Shown here piece by piece: positions 56,039-64,000 of a stretch of DNA of 64,000 nt. The position numbers and the translations under genes were made by a program. Where the stretch lies: assembly GCA_029861955.1 (NCBI GenBank), contig JAOTYK010000007.1, positions 60,938 to 124,937 of the forward strand, written 5' to 3'. How positions within the stretch are numbered: position 1 is the stretch's first letter; every line of letters starts with the position of its first letter. The notes beneath the pieces were generated by a model. The model saw only the letters and a program-made list of their open reading frames with translations. It did no database searches and was not told where the DNA came from. The stretch comes from Acidobacteriota bacterium (GTDB lineage Bacteria > Acidobacteriota > Polarisedimenticolia > Polarisedimenticolales > Polarisedimenticolaceae).

Positions 56039-57526
56039 ATGGGTCGACTACGCGGATCAAACCTTGTCATCGTCGTTCTGGTGCTGGCGCTGCTGTCGGG
56101 TCCTCACGTCTCCATGGCAGGCGACGCCGGCGAGCTACGGACCGAGGCGTTCGAACGGCTGAACAGGGGCGTCAACGCCTATAAGAAGGGGCGCTTCGAC
56201 GAGGCGATCGAGCATCTCACCGTCGCCAGCAACATCGCCCTCAATAACTTTCGCATCTATTACTACCTGGGCCTGGCGTTGAATGGCGGACGTCGCTACG
56301 ACGACGCTCTCAAGGTTCTCGCTGTCGCTCTGGATCTCGAGCCGGATCATCTGGAGGCCAACGTCGCCGTCGGCAACAGCTGGTTGAAGCTGGGAGATCT
56401 TTCGGAGGCTCAGGCCGCCTACACGTTGGCGCTGAAGCTACGGCCGGAACATGCCTCGGCCCTGGACGGTCTGGCCCGTATCGCCGAGGCTCAGTCGAAG
56501 GATCGCGAGGCGACCCTGACCTATCGGCGGGCCCTGGCAAGCAATCCCGGCTACGCCCCGGCGTATACCCATCTCGGCAGCCTGCACCTCCGACTGGAGC
56601 AATATGAGGAGGCCGTCGAACTCCTGGAAGAGGCGGTCTCGGTGCGACCGGACTTCGCCGACGGCATGAACCGGCTGGCCCAGGCCTACAACCGCCTGGG
56701 GCTAAGGAATCAGGCTATCGCGACGATCCAGCGGGCCATCGAGCTGGAGCCGTTCAACCCCGCGCACATCGCCACGTTCGGCTGGCTGCAACTGGATCAG
56801 AACTACCCTGACAGCGCCGTACGACTGTTTACCCAGGCCGTCGAGATCGACCACGCTCATCCATCGGCCCAACGGGGTCATGCCGAGATCGCTCGACGGG
56901 ACGGCCAGTACGACGTCGCGCTGGAACACCTGAAGATCGCCATCGACGATCCCCGGCTGGGCGCGCTGACCCGGCTCGACCTCGAGACCTTCGCCGGCGA
57001 GATCCAGGAGGAACAGGTCGCCCACCAGGCATTGCAGGCGCGCTTCGAGGACGGCACGGCCACCGAGTCCGATCACGGCGAGATGGCGGCGATCATGGCC
57101 CGTCGTGCACGCTGGCCCCAGGCCGTCACATTGCAACGGCAGGCCGGCGACAGCGCTTCGTCTCAGGAGCGATTGGCCTACATGTTGTTTGAAGCCCAGG
57201 AGTACCTGGAGTCCCGCAAGCTCTACACCCAACTGGCGGCGGAATCCGATCGTGCCGACCTGTTCGTCAACGAGGGCGTCTGCGCCGCGGTGGTCGGCGA
57301 TGATCCGGGTGCCGTGACCGCATTCCGCAACGCGTTGCAACGGAACCCCGACCTCTCCGCGGCCCAACTCTACCTTGCCAACGCGCTCCTCCGTCTTGGC
57401 AAGATCGACTCGGCGAGTGTGGCCTACGATGCGTTTCTTGCCGACAACCGCACCGGCGAGTCGGCGGAGCGGGTCCGTCGGATCCTGAAACAGATCGCAC
57501 CGTCGGCCGAGGGAGAGACCCCATGA
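56039..57526 (+). CDS. secreted TPR-repeat protein
   Basis: Signal-like LVIVVLVLALLSGPHVSMAGD, then many canonical TPR units (AIEHLTVASNIALNNFRIYYYLGLAL, ALKVLAVALDLEPDH, AYTLALKLRPEH...). Confidence 0.8.
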   Translation: MGRLRGSNLVIVVLVLALLSGPHVSMAGDAGELRTEAFERLNRGVNAYKKGRFDEAIEHLTVASNIALNNFRIYYYLGLALNGGRRYDDALKVLAVALDLEPDHLEANVAVGNSWLKLGDLSEAQAAYTLALKLRPEHASALDGLARIAEAQSKDREATLTYRRALASNPGYAPAYTHLGSLHLRLEQYEEAVELLEEAVSVRPDFADGMNRLAQAYNRLGLRNQAIATIQRAIELEPFNPAHIATFGWLQLDQNYPDSAVRLFTQAVEIDHAHPSAQRGHAEIARRDGQYDVALEHLKIAIDDPRLGALTRLDLETFAGEIQEEQVAHQALQARFEDGTATESDHGEMAAIMARRARWPQAVTLQRQAGDSASSQERLAYMLFEAQEYLESRKLYTQLAAESDRADLFVNEGVCAAVVGDDPGAVTAFRNALQRNPDLSAAQLYLANALLRLGKIDSASVAYDAFLADNRTGESAERVRRILKQIAPSAEGETP

Positions 57527-58695
57527 GACCGCTTCGTCTAATCTTTCTCTCTTCCGTCGTGCTGGCGTTGTTTACCGGATCCGTGACCGCACAGGATTCG
57601 ACCCGCAGGAAAGGGTTCTCGATCACCATCGCCGAACCACCCAACCAGACGGTCGTCTTCGGTCGCACGAAGATCGTCGCGGATCTCAAGTCCACCGATG
57701 CCTCGCAGGTCGAACGGGTGGAGTTCATCGTCGGCGACACGGTGGTCTTCGTCGATCGGGAGTCCCCGTGGGAGTACTTCCACGACTTCGGCGCCGGCGA
57801 TCGCAGCAACATCGTCAAGGTCGTCGCCCATCACATCGAGGGCGTGACGGTCAGCGACACGATCGTCACCCGCAAGTTGCGTTTCGTGACGGTGGATCGG
57901 GTCAATAGAGTCCTGTTGTGGGTCACCGCCACCGACAAGAAGGGCGATCTGATTACGGACCTGGAGGAAGACGACTTCGTCCTCAACGAGAACGGCGAAC
58001 CGCAGAAGATCATCGATTTCTATCGTGAGGATCGTCCGATCACCATGGCGATCCTGGTCGATACGTCGGGCTCGATGCGAGACAAGCTGAAGGATGTGCA
58101 CGAAGCCGCCGGCGATTTCGTCAGCACGTTACGTCCGGAAGACAAGGCGCTCGTCATCGACTTCAACGCCAATGTCTTTCTGATCCAGGATCTGACCGCG
58201 GATCACGAGGCGCTGCGAAAGTCCATCGAGAGCACCGAGGCCTTCGCCAACACCGCGCTGTATGACGCGTTGCACGCCAGCTATCGTCGGATCGGAGATA
58301 TCGAGGGTCGCAAGGCCATCGTGGTGCTGTCGGATGGTGAGGACACGATCAGCCAATTCAGCTATCAGCGTGTGTTGAAGGAAGCCAAGTCCAACAACAC
58401 GATGATCTTCTCTATCGGACTGGGCTACGGCGGTGGCGGCGCAGACACCAATGTGTTGAAGGAGCTTTCAGCCTCCACCGGTGGACAGTTCTTCTACGCC
58501 AAGAAGCCGCAGCAGCTTGTGGAGATCTACGCCCGTATCGCCGAGGAGCTACGGGCCCAGTTCTATATCTCGTACTCAACCAATAACGAGAAGTGGGACG
58601 GCCACTGGATCAAGTTGAAGGTCCACAGCAAGCGCGACGACGTCTCGATCCGTGCCCGGCGTGGTTACTTCGCCGTCCGTCGGGAAGACGGCTAG
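57523..58695 (+). CDS. secreted von Willebrand factor A (VWA) domain protein, acidobacterial VWFA-related type
   Basis: Signal peptide, and the MIDAS motif ILVDTSGSM with downstream LSDGEDT and the terminal YFAV-type strand. ATG overlaps the upstream stop (ATGA). Confidence 0.86.
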   Translation: MRPLRLIFLSSVVLALFTGSVTAQDSTRRKGFSITIAEPPNQTVVFGRTKIVADLKSTDASQVERVEFIVGDTVVFVDRESPWEYFHDFGAGDRSNIVKVVAHHIEGVTVSDTIVTRKLRFVTVDRVNRVLLWVTATDKKGDLITDLEEDDFVLNENGEPQKIIDFYREDRPITMAILVDTSGSMRDKLKDVHEAAGDFVSTLRPEDKALVIDFNANVFLIQDLTADHEALRKSIESTEAFANTALYDALHASYRRIGDIEGRKAIVVLSDGEDTISQFSYQRVLKEAKSNNTMIFSIGLGYGGGGADTNVLKELSASTGGQFFYAKKPQQLVEIYARIAEELRAQFYISYSTNNEKWDGHWIKLKVHSKRDDVSIRARRGYFAVRREDG

Positions 58696-58928
58696 CGCAG
58701 CAGGTTCATCGGCGGGATCCATGATGCGTACCGTGGCCCCGGTGACCGGGTTCCTGCGACCCCCTTGTACGGTGCCCGTTGAGGCGCTTGATCGACCCGT
58801 ATTGGGTGAAATAGTGGGGATATCTCATCTTTTCAGACTAATGCCAGCCAGAGCTCTGGCTCCTTGCACGAAGATTAAATGACATTTCTACGTATAATAT
58901 CGACAAGTCGTGAGTCCTAGGTGATGGC

Positions 58929-60242
58929 ATGAGATGTTTTTCGAAGATTTCGATAGCGGCGATTGTTGCGGCAATCTTGTCGGTCGTCGTGCTTTCTGGG
59001 CCAACGTCCCTATTGGCGATCGAGCCATTCGAACCCCTGACCATACGGGTAAACGACGCTTACGGTGTACCCGGTGGTACCGCCGCAGTCGTACTTCGCA
59101 CTTACTCTTCCCGTCCGATCAGTCAGGGCCAACTCTGTATGCAATTCTCTCCGGATAGCCCCGGTGCGCGGGATCCGATTGCATCGGTCGTCAGTGCGCG
59201 TGTCTTCAGTAGCATTCCTGATGTGACCTCCAGCGTGACGGATATGTTGAGTGTGAACCCGCAAGCAATTATCCTCAGTTTCGATTCGCCGTCTATCACG
59301 GTGAACGCAACTGACGGACCGCTCGCCGTGTTCTTCATGAAACTTGATCCGGCATTACTTCCGGGAGCGACCTACGAACTCGCGATCGACCTGGGCAATA
59401 CACAACTGGTGAACTCCTCGGGTGCGCTGATCGAGGTACGACAACGTTCCGGTACGTTGACCATCCGGGATCCCTCCGAAGAAATCGAGGTTGAAGCCGG
59501 TGCCGAGGATGTGATTCCAGGAGAAAAAGCTCTGCTCAGTTTCTCGACTGCCGAGTTCTTCGCGATTGGAAGCGGTCGAGCTACGATTCTCTACGATCCT
59601 GCAATTGCTGATGGATTGCCAGTCGTCTTCATGCAATCTCGACATGGTCAATCCAATTTCACGACCGACCTGACGATCCCAGGGCGTGCACAGGTGGATT
59701 TCATTTCACCCGATGGTTCGCTCAACGAAGTTCCAGGGGATATCGTCGAATTCTGGTTGCCGACCAGGTCTGATATTCCGGTCGGTACCAAGTCGCTTAT
59801 CACACTCGAGCCGTCGGCGACGTTTCTCGAAGATCCTGTCGGAAATTTGCTCAATCTGGACCACGAAAGCGATCTACTTGAATTTGTCAGTGCGCCGGCC
59901 CTCCTTCCCGGGGCGATCCGGGAACTTCGTGTCAATCGCTCCGAATCGGGACAGTTACAGTTGAACTGGCAGGAAGATTGTGGATCCGCGCTGGGATACT
60001 CGATCTACCGGGGCGATCTAACCGAAGGTTACGACTCGATCGTGCCGGTAGCGGGACTCTGTTCCGTGAGCAGCACCCACGTCGAGATTCCGATGAGTAC
60101 GGGGCTTGCAGAATTCTTTCTGGTCGTCCCGTTTCGGGATGAATCCGGTGGGTCGTACGGAGTAGATTCACTCGGAGACCATCGCACGCCGCCGGCGAAT
60201 GCATGTTGGGCTTCCGGCGAGGCCAATGACTGCGCACCGTAG
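58929..60242 (+). CDS. secreted protein: two beta-sandwich (cohesin-like?) domains + C-terminal Cys-flanked Fn3-like module
   Basis: Signal peptide ISIAAIVAAILSVVVLSGPTSLLA. The sequence is beta-rich. The C-terminal 105 aa (LQLNWQEDCGSALGYSIYRGDL..FFLVVPFRDESGGSYGVDSLGDHR..C) share a pattern with modules in the two giant proteins. Lower GC than the flanks. Confidence 0.7.
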   Translation: MRCFSKISIAAIVAAILSVVVLSGPTSLLAIEPFEPLTIRVNDAYGVPGGTAAVVLRTYSSRPISQGQLCMQFSPDSPGARDPIASVVSARVFSSIPDVTSSVTDMLSVNPQAIILSFDSPSITVNATDGPLAVFFMKLDPALLPGATYELAIDLGNTQLVNSSGALIEVRQRSGTLTIRDPSEEIEVEAGAEDVIPGEKALLSFSTAEFFAIGSGRATILYDPAIADGLPVVFMQSRHGQSNFTTDLTIPGRAQVDFISPDGSLNEVPGDIVEFWLPTRSDIPVGTKSLITLEPSATFLEDPVGNLLNLDHESDLLEFVSAPALLPGAIRELRVNRSESGQLQLNWQEDCGSALGYSIYRGDLTEGYDSIVPVAGLCSVSSTHVEIPMSTGLAEFFLVVPFRDESGGSYGVDSLGDHRTPPANACWASGEANDCAP

Positions 60243-62793
60243 TCCACGATCGTTCTTGATCCGCAAGATCTCTTACGCCGTTATCGCCCTGGTCGTATTC
60301 GTTATCGCCACCCACTCACCTGAAGCATTCGCGCCATCACTCGAAGATGCGCGTGCGTTTTACAGAGCAGGCCAGCTCGAGCAAGCGATCGATGCTTTTC
60401 GTGCTGTCGCCGATGCCACCGAGAACAGCGATCCCGTGACGGCGGGCATCTGCCGGAACAATGCATGCGTACTGTTAACAGATCGCGGGGAGCTTGGGCC
60501 CGCTCTGAAGCAATGTGTACTTGCACTGGAGTTACGGCGCAACTTCGACGACCCCTGGCGTGTGGCTCGAACACTGAACAACCTCGGCCGGGTTCAGGAG
60601 CGACTCGGTAATTTCGATGAAGCGAAAAGAAGTTTTCTTGAAGCACTCGCCCTGAATCGCGCGGGAGACGACGCGGCCGGCGCATCAATCAACCTCTCCA
60701 ACCTTGGAGGACTCGCGATCCAGGCCGGGTGGTACTCGCAGGCGATCGATTACCAACGCCGCGCGTACGAAACTGCGCAACAGCACCAGGGAGAACCATG
60801 GGCCGACGAGCAGATGCGATTCGCACGGGTCAATCAAGCTGTCGTACTGGAGAGATTTGGTGCGTTTCGGGAGGCACTTCGACTCTACGATGCCGTTATC
60901 GACGAGGGGCACGAGATGTCGGCAACATATCGTGCCGGCATCCTCGTCAATCGTGGCGTGGCACTCAGAAATCTGGGTGATCCGCTGCGGGCTCTCGAGG
61001 CGTTTAACGATGCATCCGAGATCTACATCACAGATAAGGACCATGCGGCACTATCTAATGCTCGACTGAACCAGGGCCTTGTACAGCAATTGAACCTGCG
61101 GGATCCCGTTGCCGCTGAGAGTTCCTACCGCAAAGCGTTGGCCCTCGCTGAAGCAAGCGGGGAGCGGGCTGGGCAAATCGACAGTTTCTGTCGACTCGGC
61201 GGGCTGCTGCTGGATCTGGGACGCGCCGATGAAGCGCTGCCACTATTTGAACGATCTCTTGAGATCTCGGAGAGCAGTGGATCGAGCGAGGGGCGCTGGG
61301 CGTCTCTGAACGGACTGGGACATTCTGCGCTCGCGCGTGACGATTCCCCTGCAGCACTTAGCCACTTCCTCGCGGCCATCAATGCGATCGAGCTGGTCCG
61401 CGATAGTCTCACCACGAGTACGGATCGCGTCGGCTACTTTACCGACAAGCGGTCAGTATACGAATCCGCCATCGAAGTCCTTGCCGGAATCGCGGATAAA
61501 GACACAGGCGGCGAGCATGCACAACTCGCGTTTCGCCTGGCCCAGCAGGCCAAGAGCCGCGCGTTGCTCGACGTACTGGGTCCAGGTGCCCTCGTCGCAA
61601 TACCGCTCGACGCTCAGGCGGTGATCGATGCCCTAGGAGATGACGTACTTCTTGAATACTTCATTGGATCTTCAGCCGCATTTGCATGGATCGTCAGCGC
61701 CAGTGGAATCGAAATGCGTTCGCTTGGAGCGTCGGAGGTGATCCTCAAAGATGTGGAGCAGATTTACGACGCGCTATCTCGCGGACGTCGCGCATCTTCG
61801 GAAGCTATTGAACGACTCTCGCAAACCTTACTTCACGATATCAATCTTCCTGCGGGACCTAACGGACAGCTCCGCGTCTCACCGGACAATACATTACGGA
61901 AACTACCCTTTGAACTTCTTGAGCTACCCGCTGAAAGCGGCATTCCACTCATTGAGACCGTAACGATAAGCTATCTGCCGAGCGGCTCCGCGCTACCCTG
62001 GCTTCGTAGAGCACGTGAATCTCCGTCCTGGATGTCTATAGGCTTCGGTAATCCACAACTGCCGACCCATGCGCATGAGAATCTTTCTCTTAGTAGTGTT
62101 CTGCTGGCGGCATTTGAACTCGAACCGTTGCCCGCCGCTGCCGATGACGTGCGAGCCATCGAGCGCTATCTCCCTGGACGACATGCCACACGGATCGGTA
62201 CCGCGGCAAGTGAAACGGCGTTTTTCGAACTTGTTGGTTCAGGTGCTAAAGTCGTCCACATCGGGGCACATACGCTCGTGGATGAACGACGAGGAGCGAC
62301 TATCCTGCTGACCCGAGATGCGGAACAGGACGGTCTGCTGCAGCCTCACGAAATCGCGACCCTCGATATTTCTGTCGAATTGACGGTGCTGGCCGCTTGT
62401 CGTACAGCGTCAGGGCCGGTTGCTGGAGGGGGTGCTTTATCAACTCTGACCGGATCTTTTCTAGCCGCGGGATCCAGCGGTGTTCTCGCCACGCTTTGGG
62501 ATGTGGGCGATCAAGACGCTGCCGTGTTCATGGAACAGTTCTACTCTCAACTCGGACGCGGGCAGACTCCGGCAGCCGCCCTACGCGCCGCGAAAATGCG
62601 CCTGCGGTCGGAGCCGGACTGGAACGATCCCGCGGTCTGGTCTGCCTACGTTCTCGTCGGAGACGCAGCACCGTTGGTTTCTCGAAGAATTACGAATGGC
62701 CGTTTGACAACGATCGTGCTCGCGTCAGTGGCGCTGCTCCTGGCCATTTTTTTGACTTACGGAATCATCCGAAAACGTACCGTCTCGGATTGA
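60226..62793 (+). CDS. TPR-CHAT protein (caspase-fold Cys/His protease) with N- and C-terminal TM helices
   Basis: N-terminal RSPRSFLIRK + ISYAVIALVVFVIATH, about 400 aa of TPR_12-like repeats (LNNLGRVQ, LSNLGGLA), then a CHAT core. The CHAT core has VHIGAHTLVDE (His codon 62269-62271) and LTVLAACRTASG (Cys codon 62398-62400). The C-terminal helix LTTIVLASVALLLAIFLTYGII is followed by RKR. Confidence 0.86.
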   Translation: MTAHRSPRSFLIRKISYAVIALVVFVIATHSPEAFAPSLEDARAFYRAGQLEQAIDAFRAVADATENSDPVTAGICRNNACVLLTDRGELGPALKQCVLALELRRNFDDPWRVARTLNNLGRVQERLGNFDEAKRSFLEALALNRAGDDAAGASINLSNLGGLAIQAGWYSQAIDYQRRAYETAQQHQGEPWADEQMRFARVNQAVVLERFGAFREALRLYDAVIDEGHEMSATYRAGILVNRGVALRNLGDPLRALEAFNDASEIYITDKDHAALSNARLNQGLVQQLNLRDPVAAESSYRKALALAEASGERAGQIDSFCRLGGLLLDLGRADEALPLFERSLEISESSGSSEGRWASLNGLGHSALARDDSPAALSHFLAAINAIELVRDSLTTSTDRVGYFTDKRSVYESAIEVLAGIADKDTGGEHAQLAFRLAQQAKSRALLDVLGPGALVAIPLDAQAVIDALGDDVLLEYFIGSSAAFAWIVSASGIEMRSLGASEVILKDVEQIYDALSRGRRASSEAIERLSQTLLHDINLPAGPNGQLRVSPDNTLRKLPFELLELPAESGIPLIETVTISYLPSGSALPWLRRARESPSWMSIGFGNPQLPTHAHENLSLSSVLLAAFELEPLPAAADDVRAIERYLPGRHATRIGTAASETAFFELVGSGAKVVHIGAHTLVDERRGATILLTRDAEQDGLLQPHEIATLDISVELTVLAACRTASGPVAGGGALSTLTGSFLAAGSSGVLATLWDVGDQDAAVFMEQFYSQLGRGQTPAAALRAAKMRLRSEPDWNDPAVWSAYVLVGDAAPLVSRRITNGRLTTIVLASVALLLAIFLTYGIIRKRTVSD

Positions 62794-63302
62794 GCGATCA
62801 AATCGCCATCAACATCTCGCGCCTCAACCCGCCAGAGGTAGGCCACCGCGGGAAATAACTGCGAGTAGGCGTTCTCGGGTAGATCGATCGTCTCTCTATC
62901 TGTTTCTGCTTCCCACAACAGGCTGTCGTCTACCGTGAAAATCTGCACCTGGTAATGCACTGCGCGATCAACTGACCGCCAGCGGAGTGTCTGTGGAACT
63001 ACGGTCAGCTCTCCCGACGGCGCAATCAATTCTAACTGAGTACCACGTACAACAGAACCCGTGCCCCGCGAAGGCACCTCGGGATCGTCGGTGGGTATGA
63101 GAATCAGTCCCGCGCTCACGGCCACAATTAGGACCGCGGCCGCCGCGAGTGCTCGTAGTGACCCTCGGAATCGCTTGGGGGTCTCTTTCTTGAGACGTCG
63201 GCGTAACGTTCTGGCATTCGGCAACGCAGCATCCCGTGGCTCATGTAGGTGCTCGCCCTTGAGTGCCCTGGCAACCCAACGTTCCCAATTGTCCCGACTC
63301 AT
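62757..63302 (-). CDS. single-pass membrane protein, putative non-canonical anti-sigma factor
   Basis: It lies downstream of the ECF sigma gene on the same strand. It has a 45-aa basic cytoplasmic N-part, the TM helix ALAAAAVLIVAVSAGLILI, and a beta-rich outer domain of about 115 aa (LRWRSVDRAVHYQVQIFT..YLWRVEARD). No HxxxCxxC motif. The GTG at 63317 is an alternative start. Confidence 0.55.
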   Translation of the reverse strand: MSRDNWERWVARALKGEHLHEPRDAALPNARTLRRRLKKETPKRFRGSLRALAAAAVLIVAVSAGLILIPTDDPEVPSRGTGSVVRGTQLELIAPSGELTVVPQTLRWRSVDRAVHYQVQIFTVDDSLLWEAETDRETIDLPENAYSQLFPAVAYLWRVEARDVDGDLIAQSETVRFRMIP

Positions 63303-63396
63303 GTTCTCCACCCCCACTCACCAGACCGCGCAGATTCGCGGCTGATGCGTATCCAGTAGACAACGATGACAGGGCTGAAATACATCAATTGCTCTC

Positions 63397-63981
63397 TCAC
63401 GGCTCCTCTCCACCGAGGTCGTCATAGATACGCCGTAACTTGTCGAGACACCGAGCCCGAGTAGGACCCAGACTTCCGATGGGCCGATCCATTATTTGTG
63501 AGATCGTTTCGTAGGTTTTTGGTGGATCGTCCAGGTACAGTGCCCCCAGTAAGGTTTGACAGGTCGGATCCATTTGCTCGAACGCCAACGAAAGCGTGTG
63601 CTCGCAAGCAACTTCGTGGAGATCCGCCGCCAGGTCAGGAGGAGCCTCGCCCGGTTCTTCCGTCACTTCGTCGTCGAGTGAACGCCAACGTTTGCCCGTC
63701 CGCAGGGCCGTCTGGCAGGTATTCCGCGTGGTGACGGCGATCCACGCCCCAAGGGATCCTGCGCTGCGCAGCGATCCAATGTGACGAAAGAGTTTAAGAG
63801 CAACGACCTGCAAGACTTCCTCGGCCTCATCAACCGACATCCGGTAGGTCAAAGGAATCGAGAAAATCAATCGGCGATAGCGTTGGAGCAATAGACCCCA
63901 AGCCGCGTCATCTCCTTCGACGCATGCTCGAACAAGGGCCTCATCGTCGATCTTTGCGGAACTAGAGGACACGTTGGGCAA
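63397..63981 (-). CDS. ECF-type RNA polymerase sigma factor
   Basis: Region 2 (AWGLLLQRYRRLIFSIPLTYRMSVDEAEEVLQVVALKLF, LGAWIAVTTRN) and region 4 (KTYETISQIMDRPIGSLGPTRARCLDKLRR). The window ends 19 nt upstream of its start. Confidence 0.9.
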   Translation of the reverse strand: MPNVSSSSAKIDDEALVRACVEGDDAAWGLLLQRYRRLIFSIPLTYRMSVDEAEEVLQVVALKLFRHIGSLRSAGSLGAWIAVTTRNTCQTALRTGKRWRSLDDEVTEEPGEAPPDLAADLHEVACEHTLSLAFEQMDPTCQTLLGALYLDDPPKTYETISQIMDRPIGSLGPTRARCLDKLRRIYDDLGGEEP

Positions 63982-64000
63982 CCTCTGGGCGACTGAAAAC

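Noticed and set aside
58838-59044. A 68-aa minus-strand ORF in and near the AT-rich leader.
   Set aside because: It overlaps the start of the signal-peptide gene 58929-60242, has no RBS or motif, and is probably a chance ORF.

Overview
High-GC (about 63% in spot counts), very gene-dense bacterial chromosomal window, with no rRNA, CRISPR array, transposase or integrase visible. A VWA protein of the type common in Acidobacteriota hints at that phylum, but this is inference only. Most of the window is housekeeping in conserved syntenies. These are uvrA; folK-dNK-panBCD; glmU-glmS; uvrD-efp; a heme operon (hemB, hemL) with extra metallohydrolases; one tRNA(CAU); mgtE; and tilS-hpt-ftsH-folP-cdaA-cdaR-glmM. 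Many gene junctions are 4-nt ATGA overlaps. Two accessory loci stand out. (1) 21.9-32.4 kb holds two paralogous giant secreted proteins flanking a TPR protein. Each combines a purple-acid-phosphatase-like metallophosphoesterase with thrombospondin type-3 calcium-binding repeats. The second carries 16 near-identical 129-nt tandem units organised in a 387-nt higher-order repeat. (2) 58.7-64.0 kb is a lower-GC segment (about 53-55%). It encodes a secreted beta-sandwich protein, a TPR-CHAT caspase-like protease with a TM helix at each end, and a convergent ECF sigma / single-pass membrane protein pair. I rate this the best candidate for an undescribed system: a CRISPR-independent CHAT-protease-to-ECF-sigma signalling module. 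A Cys-flanked module of about 90 aa recurs in proteins of both loci. Other points worth a look are a CoA-pyrophosphatase-type Nudix fused to an MBL hydrolase in an acyl-CoA dehydrogenase operon, an unannotated 57-aa Cys/His-rich ORF upstream of hemB, an RsbW-like kinase without a STAS partner next to an EVE-domain gene, and an ECF sigma/anti-sigma/YbjQ operon divergent from a RapA-like SNF2 ATPase. All family calls rest on motifs read by eye from the translations. No database search was run.
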